NCBI GenBank assembly: GCA_965224085.1
Contig: CBDCYI010000011.1
Span: 1,376,001 to 1,440,000, forward strand
DNA from: Candidatus Marinacidobacterales bacterium
GTDB taxonomy: Bacteria > Acidobacteriota > Vicinamibacteria > Marinacidobacterales > SMYC01
Direction of reading: 5' to 3'
DNA: 64,000 bases
How positions within the stretch are numbered: position 1 is the stretch's first letter; the number at the start of each line of letters is the position of its first letter. Positions 17,520 through 26,953 of the stretch are shown in pieces. Under the pieces are notes generated by a model, which was given only the letters and a program-made list of their open reading frames with translations, was not told the origin of the DNA and did no database searches. A program made the position numbers and the translations under genes.

Positions 17520-18869
17520 TCATTGGTCCTTTGACTGCTGGCGTTTTCGGATTGCCACGCGTATCGGGGTCCCTTCGAACCCGAAGGCCTCCCGCAGCCG
17601 GCGGGCGAGGTAGCGCGGGTAGGTCGCGTCGAGCTCGAAGCGGGCGCGATTCGAGAACACGACGAACCGTGGCGGAGCGACCCCGGTCTGGGCGGCGTAG
17701 TAAAAACGTACCTCTTTGCCATCCCGGGCCCGGGGCGGCAAACGCTCGGCAGCCGTCTCCAAGAAACAATTCAGCTGCGGGGTTGGAACACGCAGGAGTT
17801 GCTGTTCGCGGACCGCGCGGATCCTCGGAAAGAGCCCCGTCATGCCACGCCCCGTCAGCGCGGAGAGAAAAACGATGGGAGCAAAGGAGAGATGCGGAAG
17901 CTTTTCGCGGGCGTCGAGCTCGAGCTCTTTGGCTTCGGCTTCGCGGCCGTCCACGAGGTCCCACTTGTTGAAAACGATCACGACGCCGCACCCCGCTTTC
18001 TCGATCTTGGCGCCGATGGATGCGTCTTCCGTGGTCACGCCTGCCGTCGCATCGAATACGAGCAGGCAGATTTGCGCGCGCTCGATGGCGCGCTCGGCAT
18101 AGATGACGCCCATCCGGTCCGCTTGGCTCGGCGTCTTCCCTTTCCGCCTTATGCCAGCCGTGTCGACGAAGCGGTAGGTATCGCCTTTCACGGTGAGGAC
18201 GGTATCTACGGCATCCCGCGTGGTTCCCGCCATTGCGCTCACGACCGCGCGCTCCGCACCGACGAGCCGGTTGAGTAGCGACGACTTCCCTACGTTCGGC
18301 CGCCCGGTGATGGCGACGCGCCGCTCGTCGATGTCCTCCGCCTCTTCGATGTCCGGGATTTCTGGAACTTTGGAGAGGAGCTCGATCATCGCGTCCATGA
18401 GCTCCGCGACGCCAAGTCCATGCTCCGCCGAGGTTTCAAAGAGGTCAGAAAACCCGAGTCGGTGAAACTCAGCCGCCTCCGGGATGTGCTTCGCTTCGTC
18501 GATCTTGTTCACGACGAGCATCACGCGGTCGGAAATCTTGCGCAACCTCTTCGCGATGTATTGTTCTTCGGCTAGAAGCCCTGCGCGTCCATCGACGACC
18601 CAGCATACGAGCGCGGCGCGCTCGATCGCGGTGTCGACTTGCGCGCCGACCTGCTCGTCGAGCGGCGTCTCTGCGTCTTGCATGATCCCGCCCGTGTCCA
18701 CGAGCTCGAAGCTTCGTCCTCCCCACGCAACGATCACGGTGTTGCGGTCACGCGTTGAGCCGGCGACGCGATCCACGATCGCTTTGCGCGATCCGTTCAT
18801 ACGGTTGAAAAGGGTCGATTTACCGACATTGGGGCGACCCACGATCGCGACTCTCGGTAGCGTTTTCAC
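17520..18869 (-). CDS. der: Ribosome biogenesis GTPase Der/EngA
   Basis: Two GRPNVGKS P-loops, DTGG/DTAG, NKID/NKWD, KH-like C-terminus. Confidence 0.97.
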   Translation of the reverse strand: MKTLPRVAIVGRPNVGKSTLFNRMNGSRKAIVDRVAGSTRDRNTVIVAWGGRSFELVDTGGIMQDAETPLDEQVGAQVDTAIERAALVCWVVDGRAGLLAEEQYIAKRLRKISDRVMLVVNKIDEAKHIPEAAEFHRLGFSDLFETSAEHGLGVAELMDAMIELLSKVPEIPDIEEAEDIDERRVAITGRPNVGKSSLLNRLVGAERAVVSAMAGTTRDAVDTVLTVKGDTYRFVDTAGIRRKGKTPSQADRMGVIYAERAIERAQICLLVFDATAGVTTEDASIGAKIEKAGCGVVIVFNKWDLVDGREAEAKELELDAREKLPHLSFAPIVFLSALTGRGMTGLFPRIRAVREQQLLRVPTPQLNCFLETAAERLPPRARDGKEVRFYYAAQTGVAPPRFVVFSNRARFELDATYPRYLARRLREAFGFEGTPIRVAIRKRQQSKDQ

Positions 18870-18984
18870 CCCATATCTCCTTGATCTAAAAAGACTTCCG
18901 AAAGAAGCGATTATATCACTGCGGGGCCAGACGTAAGGAGCAGCCTAACTCGAACGTTTAGAGCATGATAAGAGGAGATGAGGC

Positions 18985-19013
18985 TTGACACGTCCCGGCC
19001 CGGTTCCTATAAT
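18985..19013 (+). promoter_or_regulatory. Consensus sigma70 promoter for the HU-family gene
   Basis: TTGACA-17 bp-TATAAT. Confidence 0.8.
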
Positions 19014-19039
19014 GATTCCGTATCCCTTGGGAGGTCAAT

Positions 19040-19309
19040 ATGATAAAGGTGGACATCATCAACGAGGTGTCCGCTACCGCAAGCATCACGAAAGTGAAAG
19101 CGGAACAAGCTGTGGAGGCGGTGCTGGACGCGATGAAGAACTCGATGAAGCGCGGCGAGCGCATCGAGCTTCGCGGCTTTGGGGTATTTCAGGTGAAACC
19201 CAGAAAGCGCGGAATCGGTCGCAACCCGCGCACGGGCAAAGAAGTTCGCATCCCGCCCGGCCGAACGATCCGGTTCAAACCTGGCAAAGACCTCCAGAAC
19301 ATACCCTAG
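19040..19309 (+). CDS. HU/IHF-family DNA-binding protein
   Basis: SD GGAGG; IELRGFGVF, GRNPRTG, FKPGK. Confidence 0.92.
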   Translation: MIKVDIINEVSATASITKVKAEQAVEAVLDAMKNSMKRGERIELRGFGVFQVKPRKRGIGRNPRTGKEVRIPPGRTIRFKPGKDLQNIP

Positions 19310-19379
19310 GGCACCTAGCGTAGACGACTGGAGCCGCGCGCGCTTACCGCGGCGGACGGCATAGAATCGGGCACGAACT

Positions 19380-20318
19380 CTGTCCCTCCGGCATCTTATC
19401 GTTCTCGTCCTGTTTCGGTTCGCAACGAGCCGTGCGCTCCCCCTTTTTTTCTTCTTCCTCACGGTTGCCTCGACGCTCTATGTCGGCGGCTATCACGGTT
19501 TGGGGTTCTGGGCTCCCGAACGCTTGGCGAAAGACTCAGTCTCTCTTCGAGACTGGTTGGTGTACAGTTTTCCTTTCAGCTTCACTATCCTCGCGATCAT
19601 CGGGACGCACGAGATGGGGCACTACCTCACAGCGAAGCGCTACCGAGTAGAGACATCTCTTCCAGTCTTCGTGCCGTTTCCTATCTCTCTCATCGGTACG
19701 CTCGGCGCCTTCATATTGATCAAATCGCCGTTTCCGAACCGGCGTTCACTGATCGATATTGGGCTCGCGGGTCCCTTTGCGGGATTCGTCGTGTGCGTGC
19801 CCGCACTCCTCATCGGGGTCGCAACCTCACGTCCTAGCGTCGAGACAGCTTCCGGAGGCATCGGGCTGGGCCTGCCCCTGCTTTTCCAAGGGGCGGTCAA
19901 GCTGCTGTGGCCGGATCTCCCGGACGATCAGAATTTTCTTGTCAGCCCGATAGGGCTCGCAGCGTGGTTCGGGCTACTCCTGACGGCAATCAACCTACTC
20001 CCCATCGGCCAGCTCGACGGCGGGCACGCGAGCTATGTGCTCTTCCGCGAGAAAGCGCATCGGCTGTCGTCTATTTTCTTCTCCATTCTTTTGCTGCTTG
20101 CTATCCTCACGCCGTCATGGCTCTTCTTCGCTCTGCTCGCCTATGCGATCGGCATCCGCCGCCCGCACCCAAAAACCCTGTTCGACAACGAGCCTCTGCC
20201 GCGAAGTCGCTTCGTGATGGGCATCCTCGCCCTTGTCACGTTCGCGCTTTGCTTCACGCCCGAGCCAATCCAGATCTCGTGGAGTGACTTCCCCGACGCG
20301 TTCCGCGAGCTCTCTTAG
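19380..20318 (+). CDS. Site-2 protease (M50) family; start codon uncertain
   Basis: HEMGH, GT.GAFI, IGLAGP, NLLPIGQLDGGH; frame is open upstream of TTG 19500 through a TM helix to CTG 19380. Confidence 0.88.
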   Translation: MSLRHLIVLVLFRFATSRALPLFFFFLTVASTLYVGGYHGLGFWAPERLAKDSVSLRDWLVYSFPFSFTILAIIGTHEMGHYLTAKRYRVETSLPVFVPFPISLIGTLGAFILIKSPFPNRRSLIDIGLAGPFAGFVVCVPALLIGVATSRPSVETASGGIGLGLPLLFQGAVKLLWPDLPDDQNFLVSPIGLAAWFGLLLTAINLLPIGQLDGGHASYVLFREKAHRLSSIFFSILLLLAILTPSWLFFALLAYAIGIRRPHPKTLFDNEPLPRSRFVMGILALVTFALCFTPEPIQISWSDFPDAFRELS

Positions 20319-20324
20319 TCTCCT

Positions 20325-22775
20325 TCATGAAAGCGTCATCGGGTCCACGTCGACGAGCATCACGCGCGCGAGTGTCTCGTCTTTCAAAAGCCCGCGCAGC
20401 CAATGCCGGAGCCGCGCGTGCTCGCGGCGCGGAAGCTTGATCAGAATCTGACACCGATAGCGACCCGCGACTTTCGAGCGGACGGCAAAAGCCGGGCCGA
20501 GAATGCGTACGCCCGCGACCGGCTCTCGCTCGAGAAAGCTCGCCGCGCGTCGCGCCTCTGCTGTCGCTTCTCGCATCGAGCGGCCTTCAACAATGATGTT
20601 GATGACGCTCACCGCGGGCGGGTACAAAAGCGCGCGCCGAAACTTGCGCTCGGACTCGTAGAAGCCCTGATAGTCCTGCGCTTGGGCGAACTGTAAGCTG
20701 TAGTGATCGGGCTGGTAGGTCTGGATGAGCACTTCCCCCGTACGGTCACCTCGACCAGCGCGGCCCGCCACCTGCGTCAAAAGCTGGAAAGTTCGCTCCG
20801 CGGCCCGAAAATCGGGAGCGCCAAGACCGTTATCCGCGCCCAGGACACCCACGAGTGTGACCGCGGGAAAATCGTGCCCCTTCGCCAACATCTGAGTCCC
20901 GACGAGCACGTCGATCTCACGCGACGCGAACTTCGCAAGGAGCGACTCGTAGCCCCCTTTGCGCCGCATCGTGTCGCGGTCCATGCGAGCGACGCGGCTT
21001 TCGGGAAACATCTCTTTCACGAGGGTTTCGAGCCGCTCCGTCCCGTAGCCCACCGAACGCAAGTACTCCCCTTCGCAGACATCGCACTTCGTCGGCTTCG
21101 GCCGCCCGAGTCCGCAATAGTGACAGACCGCGAGCGTCCCACCCTTGTGAAGCGTCATCGCTACGCTGCACTCACTGCACATCAGGGCGACGCCGCACTG
21201 TCGGCAAAGAAGCTGGCCGGCGAAGCCTCTTCGGTTCAGGAGCAAGAGTGCCTGCTCGTCTGCGTTGAGACGTTGTTCGAGCGCGCCTCGGAGTGGCGCC
21301 GAGATCACTGTGTTGGGGCCCTCTTCCCGCACCACCTCCTTCATGTCTATGAGCTCCACCGCCGCCAGGGGCCGGCTCGCAATACGCTCGGGTAAGCTGA
21401 CCAACCGATAACGTCCTTCCAGAGCACGGGTGAACGTTTCTAGGGACGGTGTCGCGGAGCCGAGCACCACCACAGCGCCGTCGTCCCGCGCGCGCACGAT
21501 CGCGACGTCGCGTGCGTTATAGCGCGGGCTTTCTTCCTGCTTGTACGAGCCCTCGTGCTCTTCGTCCACGACGACGAGGCCGAGATTTTCGAGCGGCGCC
21601 AAGATAGCAGCCCGCGCACCCACGACGACGCGGGCCTCGCCATGACGTATACGCCACCACTCGTCCCGCCTCTCTCCGGACCCGAGCGCGCTGTGCAAGA
21701 TCGCAACGCGCTCGCCGAACCGGGAATAAAGAAGTGCCGCGAGCCGTGGCGTGAGCGCGATCTCGGGGACGAGGATAAGCACACTCCGGCCGCGTGCGAG
21801 CGCGTCCTCGGCCGCATGTAGATAGACTTCGGTCTTCCCGCTTCCGGTAACGCCGTGCAGCAGGAGAGGCTCGAAGCTCCCCTTTGCGAGCGCTTCCCGG
21901 ATCGCGATGACGGCAGCGCGTTGGCTCTCGGCAAGATCGAGCTTCACAGACGGTTCCGCGCCGAGGCGCCGCCAAGGTGTTTGAGGTACGGTTTGAGCGA
22001 CGAGCTCGATGTACCCTTTTTGAGAAAGCCGCGGAAACGGGCCTCGCTCGATGGAGAGCTCGTTGCGTATCGTATGTAGTGGAACGGGATCGGTGGCGAC
22101 CGACAGGAGCGTGAGGATTCGGGACGTCGTCGGGTGCAACTTTTCCGTTTCGAGCGCTCGGCGTCCACCTTCAGTGATGGCGGCCACGCGCATCGTGCGG
22201 CCGCCTTTCGTTCCGCTCGGCGCGCGGCATCGGACGAAGCCTTTTCTCAAAAGCGCTGCGATCGTCCCCGCGACATTCTTCTTCCCCACGGCCTTCGCGA
22301 TAGCGCGCGCCGTCATCGGGCGATCGAGCAGTTCGAGAACGCGTTTCGACAACCCCCTGACGTCCCCTATTTTGACGTCGCCCATTTTGACGTCGCCCAT
22401 TTCGCGGCGCTCATAGAGCGCTCTCTCCTCACGAGGTGTCTCGGGCGGCAACATACCGCGGCAAACGAGCCCGGGTGAAGCAAGGTAGTAATCCGCAATA
22501 AAGCGACTGAGCTCAAGCTGCGAAGGTGTCAACACCGGCTCTTCATCAAGAAGCGTCAAAAGCGGTTGCAACGTGATGTCGGATGGAAGCTCAGGCACCG
22601 TGTCCCCGACCTCGGTGATGCAGCCAATGAGCACGCGGTGCCCAAAGCGGACACGGACCCGCATCCCTGGCTGCGCACTCAAAAGAGGATCGGGAACCCC
22701 GTAGGAGAACGTCCGAAGGAGCGGAAGCGGAAGCCCGACCTCCGCGAAGGCGGAGAAGTTAGGAAGACTGCCCAT
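20325..22775 (-). CDS. priA: Primosomal protein N' (PriA)
   Basis: GVTGSGKT, VPEIALT, DEEH, SATPS, Cys-rich Zn motifs, GTQMLAKG.DF, QVAGRAGR, DVDP. Confidence 0.97.
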   Translation of the reverse strand: MGSLPNFSAFAEVGLPLPLLRTFSYGVPDPLLSAQPGMRVRVRFGHRVLIGCITEVGDTVPELPSDITLQPLLTLLDEEPVLTPSQLELSRFIADYYLASPGLVCRGMLPPETPREERALYERREMGDVKMGDVKIGDVRGLSKRVLELLDRPMTARAIAKAVGKKNVAGTIAALLRKGFVRCRAPSGTKGGRTMRVAAITEGGRRALETEKLHPTTSRILTLLSVATDPVPLHTIRNELSIERGPFPRLSQKGYIELVAQTVPQTPWRRLGAEPSVKLDLAESQRAAVIAIREALAKGSFEPLLLHGVTGSGKTEVYLHAAEDALARGRSVLILVPEIALTPRLAALLYSRFGERVAILHSALGSGERRDEWWRIRHGEARVVVGARAAILAPLENLGLVVVDEEHEGSYKQEESPRYNARDVAIVRARDDGAVVVLGSATPSLETFTRALEGRYRLVSLPERIASRPLAAVELIDMKEVVREEGPNTVISAPLRGALEQRLNADEQALLLLNRRGFAGQLLCRQCGVALMCSECSVAMTLHKGGTLAVCHYCGLGRPKPTKCDVCEGEYLRSVGYGTERLETLVKEMFPESRVARMDRDTMRRKGGYESLLAKFASREIDVLVGTQMLAKGHDFPAVTLVGVLGADNGLGAPDFRAAERTFQLLTQVAGRAGRGDRTGEVLIQTYQPDHYSLQFAQAQDYQGFYESERKFRRALLYPPAVSVINIIVEGRSMREATAEARRAASFLEREPVAGVRILGPAFAVRSKVAGRYRCQILIKLPRREHARLRHWLRGLLKDETLARVMLVDVDPMTLS
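22358..22402. repeat. In-frame 15-bp tandem repeat x3 in priA (MGDVK-MGDVK-IGDVR)
   Basis: TGACGTCCCCTATTT then TGACGTCGCCCATTT twice. Confidence 0.9.
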
Positions 22776-23466
22776 CGAGCAGTCGTCGAATGAGCTTCAT
22801 GTCCTGCCAGCACTCGCGCTTTTTTTCCGGATTACGAAGCAGATAGGCTGGATGAAGAGTCGGTACGAGCTTAGCACCGCGATACGGATAGATGCGGCCT
22901 CGAATGCGCGTGATCCCTTCATCCGTCCGAAGCAAATTCAACGCCGCGACCCGCCCAAGCGCACAGATGACTCTAGGACGAATAGCATCGACCTGCCGAT
23001 CAAGAAACGACCGACACTCCTCCACCTCCTCTGGCTCCGGGTCCCGATTCCGTGGCGGCCGACACTTCACAATATTCGCGATATAAACATCGTCTCGACT
23101 CAAATCAATAGCACTGATAATCTTCGTAAGAAGCTGCCCCGCAGGCCCAACAAAAGGAATTCCCTGCCGATCTTCTTCAAACCCCGGTCCTTCCCCAACA
23201 AACATCAAATCAGCGCTGGGATCACCAGCACCAAAAACAAGATTCGTCCGCTTCTTATGAAGCACACACCGAGTACATTCCCCAAGATCCGCCCGAACCT
23301 CGGAAAGCGTCTCCCGACCCCGAGGCGCCCTCTCCTGAACACCCGCGGAAAGCTCTTCCACCGGCGCCACCGCAACCGCTCGCCGCTCAAACCCAAGCTC
23401 CGTCATCGACCGATAGAACAAAATCCTCTCCCGAATTTGCCCCACGATCCAACTCCGTTCACTCAT
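22759..23466 (-). CDS. Uracil-DNA glycosylase family 4
   Basis: CxxC, VGEGPG..ED..G.PFVG.AG, N.VKCRPP.NR.P, HPAYLLR. Confidence 0.95.
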   Translation of the reverse strand: MSERSWIVGQIRERILFYRSMTELGFERRAVAVAPVEELSAGVQERAPRGRETLSEVRADLGECTRCVLHKKRTNLVFGAGDPSADLMFVGEGPGFEEDRQGIPFVGPAGQLLTKIISAIDLSRDDVYIANIVKCRPPRNRDPEPEEVEECRSFLDRQVDAIRPRVICALGRVAALNLLRTDEGITRIRGRIYPYRGAKLVPTLHPAYLLRNPEKKRECWQDMKLIRRLLDGQSS

Positions 23467-23506
23467 GCTCTTCCACGCAAAGAAAAGAAACCAGTCACTC
23501 TTTTTT

Positions 23507-23607
23507 AACGCAACGAAGCAAAGGAAAGACTCTCAAAGTATCAAATCCACTCTCGTTTTTTGTGTCTTTCTTCTCTTCGCGCCTTCGCACCTCTGCGTCT
23601 TTGCGTT
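23507..23607. repeat. Imperfect palindrome with octamer tandem arms
   Basis: Left arm AACGCAACGAAGCAAAG; right arm CTTCGCGC-CTTCGCAC-CTCTGCGT-CTTTGCGT-T (reverse complement starts AACGCAAAGACGCAGAG). Confidence 0.75.
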
Positions 23608-23618
23608 ACGCTTTTCTC

Positions 23619-24242
23619 TTATTCTCTAAATGACTCCACAATCGGCCGAATTCGCTCTTCGAGTAGCCGCGGCCGTGTCCTCTCCGCGAGCACGATCGCC
23701 TTCAGTAGCTCCGAAGTTCGTTCCACGCTGTCATTGACGAGCACGTAGTCGTAGTCCTTATAATGATAAATTTCGTGGCGAGCTTCTTCTAGCCGCCCCA
23801 AGATTACCTCGTCCGAATCTTGGCGCCGTCCGCGGAGCCGCTCTTCCAGAACCTCGAACGACGGGGGCAGGACAAACAGCGTAATGGCGTCCGGCTGCGC
23901 CTTGCGCACTTGCGCGGCCCCTTGGACGTCCACGTCCAAAAGGATATCCTCCCCAGACGCCCGCACTTGCTCGGTCACGATCTTCGACGTCCCGTAGAAG
24001 TTGCCGTGGACTTCGGCCCATTCCAGGAACTCGCCATCTTCGATTTTCGCGCGGAACACGTCCTTGGTCACGAAGTGATAGTCGATGCTGTCGCGCTCAG
24101 TCCCGCGGACGGGACGCGTCGTGAACGACACCGAAAAGCACACGTCATCGAGTGTGTCGAGAAGGCGCCGAACGAGCGTCGTCTTGCCGGAGCCCGAGGG
24201 CGCCGAGATGACGAAGAGGTTGCCTCGCCGTGCGGTCGTCAT
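23619..24242 (-). CDS. gmk: Guanylate kinase
   Basis: SAPSGSGKTT, S.TTR..R..E, FLEWAEVHGNFYGT, DVQGA. Confidence 0.97.
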   Translation of the reverse strand: MTTARRGNLFVISAPSGSGKTTLVRRLLDTLDDVCFSVSFTTRPVRGTERDSIDYHFVTKDVFRAKIEDGEFLEWAEVHGNFYGTSKIVTEQVRASGEDILLDVDVQGAAQVRKAQPDAITLFVLPPSFEVLEERLRGRRQDSDEVILGRLEEARHEIYHYKDYDYVLVNDSVERTSELLKAIVLAERTRPRLLEERIRPIVESFRE

Positions 24243-25117
24243 TCGATATTCTGAACCTGTTCCCGGACTCTCTCGATTTCGGATTTCATCGCAATCACTT
24301 GCTCCGCAATCTCAGCGTCTTGACTCTTCGAGCCTAACGTATTTACTTCTCGGTTCATCTCTTGGACGATGAAGTCGAGCTTCTTGCCACAAGGCCCGGC
24401 CGACGACATCGTCCCTTTCCAGAGCTCGAGGTGGCTCCGGAAGCGCGTGATCTCTTCGGCGATATCGGCCCTCTCCACGAGACGGGCGACTTCCATTGCG
24501 ATGGCGGAAGGCTCGAGAGCGGAGCCGACGAGCTCCGCGACTTTGGCCGCTAGCTCCCCGCGCCGCTCCTCACGCCTTGCGTTGCTGCGCGCCTCGATGC
24601 GATCGACTAAAGACGCGAGCTCCGTCGTGCGGCGCTCGAGATCCGCCGCCATCTCGGCGCCTTCGGCCGCGCGCATACGCTCGAGCTCCTCGAGCGCCTG
24701 GCCGAGAGCCGGCTCGAGCGCGTCCCACAGGCTGGTGCCTTCGGATAGATCACGCTCTTTCACTTGAAAAGCCGGCGAAAAACCAACCAAGTCCCGAAGC
24801 TCGAGCGACGCCGCGACACCGATTTCTTTCCCTATCTCGGTAGTCACCCGTACGAACTCCGAAAGCAAAGGCCGGTCGACCTCAATTTGGTGCGTGCTCT
24901 CGCCTTTCGGCTTGAGGTGCAGGCTGACGTCGACTTTTCCGCGGCCGAGCGACTGCGCGATGCGATCGCGCACTTTCTTGTCGATCGTCGTGAGCCCGGC
25001 CGAGCCGCGTGTCCGCACGTCGAGATATCGGTGGTTAACCGTACGAATCTCGACGACAACTTCATGGGCGTCGTTCTCGATTCGGGCTCGTGAGAAACCC
25101 GTCATGCTTTTCAGCAT
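24239..25117 (-). CDS. yicC: YicC/YloC-family endoribonuclease
   Basis: MLKSMTGF, VNHRYLD, RGKVD, GKKLDF..QEMNRE.NT.GSK, REQVQNIE. Confidence 0.95.
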   Translation of the reverse strand: MLKSMTGFSRARIENDAHEVVVEIRTVNHRYLDVRTRGSAGLTTIDKKVRDRIAQSLGRGKVDVSLHLKPKGESTHQIEVDRPLLSEFVRVTTEIGKEIGVAASLELRDLVGFSPAFQVKERDLSEGTSLWDALEPALGQALEELERMRAAEGAEMAADLERRTTELASLVDRIEARSNARREERRGELAAKVAELVGSALEPSAIAMEVARLVERADIAEEITRFRSHLELWKGTMSSAGPCGKKLDFIVQEMNREVNTLGSKSQDAEIAEQVIAMKSEIERVREQVQNIE

Positions 25118-25124
25118 CGTTCGC

Positions 25125-26879
25125 TCATGTGTCGCTCGTCACGGGTTCGGCCGCAGCACCCTGAGAGAACTGAAGCTCGTAGAGCCGTCGATAGACCCCT
25201 CCCGAGCGGACGAGGAGCTCCTCTTGGGTTCCTGTCTCCTGCACTTGGCCGCCCTCTATGACGACAATGAGATCCGCTTTTCGGATCGTCGATAGCCGAT
25301 GAGCGATGACGAGCGTCGTGCGGTTCGCCATCAAGTTCTCTAGAGCTCGCTGGAGGAGCGCTTCCGACTCCGCGTCGAGCGAGCTCGTGGCCTCGTCGAG
25401 CACGAGAATCGGAGGGTTTTTCAATATGGCGCGGGCGATAGCGATCCTCTGCCGCTGGCCGCCGGAGAGCCGTTGTCCGCGCTCGCCGATGACGGTGTCG
25501 AAGCCGTGTTCTAGCTCCCGAATGAACTCGAGAGCGCAAGCAGCCTCCGCCGCCGCCACGAGCGCGTCTTCCGAGACCGAGCTCAGGCCGTAGCCGATGT
25601 TGTTGCGCACGGTGTCGTTGAAAAGGATCGTCTCTTGCGTCACGAGCCCGATTTGCCCGCGAAGCGACGATAGCGTCGCCTCGCGAATATCGACGCCATC
25701 GAAAAAGATGACGCCGCCGGTCGGGTCGTAGAAGCGCGGCACGAGGCTCGCGAGCGTGCTCTTCCCTGCCCCGCTCGTGCCAACGAGGGCGACGACTTGC
25801 CCTGCTTCGATGACGAGGTTCACATCGTGAAGAGTCGCGCCTTTGCCGTCGTCATACACGAAGTCGAGGTTCGAAAACTCGATGCTCCGCGAGAGCGGCT
25901 GGAGCTCGACAGCGTTCTCGACTTCCTGGATGGAATGCTCGACGTCGAGCACAGCAAAAATCCGACTCGCGGCCGAGAGCGCTTGCTGGAGGGTGGCATT
26001 CACGCGGGAGAGCTTCTTCACCGGCATGTACATCATGAAGAGCGCCGCGATAAAGGATGAAAACTCGCCTGTCGTCATCGTCGATGCCGCGATGCGACCG
26101 CTCCCGTACCATAAGGCCGCCGCCATCCCGACCCCGCCAACGAGCTCCATGATGGGAGGCATCGTCGAGATGACGCGGGTGATGCGCATATTGGTCCGGA
26201 AGAGGCTGTCGGTGGCAGCGACGAAGCGTTTCGTCTCGGACGCCTCCATGCGGAAAGCCTTGACGATGCGGCTTCCCGAGATCGTTTCGTGTAGGACGTT
26301 TGTGATGTCGCGCCAACGCTCGAGCCCGGTATCCGTCCGACGCCGGAGCTTACGGCCAAGGGTCACGAGCGGGTAGATAGCGAGGGGAGCGATCACGAAA
26401 CAGAAAATGGCGAGCCGCCAATCGTAATAGAACACGAGCGTACCGTAGCCGAGGAGCGCAAAGCTCTGCATGAGCAGATCGCCCATAGCACCGGAGACCG
26501 CTTGCTGGATCTTCTCGACGTCGTTCGTGATGTGACTGATGAGCGTTCCCGTCGGCTGGCTCTTGAAGAAGCTCACCGATTGGCGGATCACGTGCTGGTA
26601 GAGGACGTTCCGAAGGTCCATGACCGTCCGCTGCCCCACCCAGCTCATCAGATAGGTCGAGAAGTAAGAAAAGAGCCCTTTCGCGAGATAGAGCAGGATG
26701 ATGAGCACCGCGACCTGAGCCAAGTTCTCGTTCTGGATCAGAACGTCGTCAAAGACGGGCTTGATGAGATAGGCGAGCCCGCCCGAGGTCGCGCCAAAAC
26801 CCACCATCGCAAAAGAGGCCAAGAGGAATCGCCCCCTATATGGCCAAGCGTAAGAAAGTAGGCGCCGGAACTCTTTCAC
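25125..26879 (-). CDS. msbA: MsbA-like ABC exporter (TMD+NBD)
   Basis: 6-TM domain, GTSGAGKS, LSGGQRQR, LDEATS, IAHRLST. Confidence 0.85.
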   Translation of the reverse strand: MKEFRRLLSYAWPYRGRFLLASFAMVGFGATSGGLAYLIKPVFDDVLIQNENLAQVAVLIILLYLAKGLFSYFSTYLMSWVGQRTVMDLRNVLYQHVIRQSVSFFKSQPTGTLISHITNDVEKIQQAVSGAMGDLLMQSFALLGYGTLVFYYDWRLAIFCFVIAPLAIYPLVTLGRKLRRRTDTGLERWRDITNVLHETISGSRIVKAFRMEASETKRFVAATDSLFRTNMRITRVISTMPPIMELVGGVGMAAALWYGSGRIAASTMTTGEFSSFIAALFMMYMPVKKLSRVNATLQQALSAASRIFAVLDVEHSIQEVENAVELQPLSRSIEFSNLDFVYDDGKGATLHDVNLVIEAGQVVALVGTSGAGKSTLASLVPRFYDPTGGVIFFDGVDIREATLSSLRGQIGLVTQETILFNDTVRNNIGYGLSSVSEDALVAAAEAACALEFIRELEHGFDTVIGERGQRLSGGQRQRIAIARAILKNPPILVLDEATSSLDAESEALLQRALENLMANRTTLVIAHRLSTIRKADLIVVIEGGQVQETGTQEELLVRSGGVYRRLYELQFSQGAAAEPVTSDT

Positions 26880-26953
26880 GTCGGATTCATGCTATCAAGA
26901 TTTATGGATCTGGGGTGACGCGTTTCCGCAATACGAGTTGCTATCGGCTCCAA

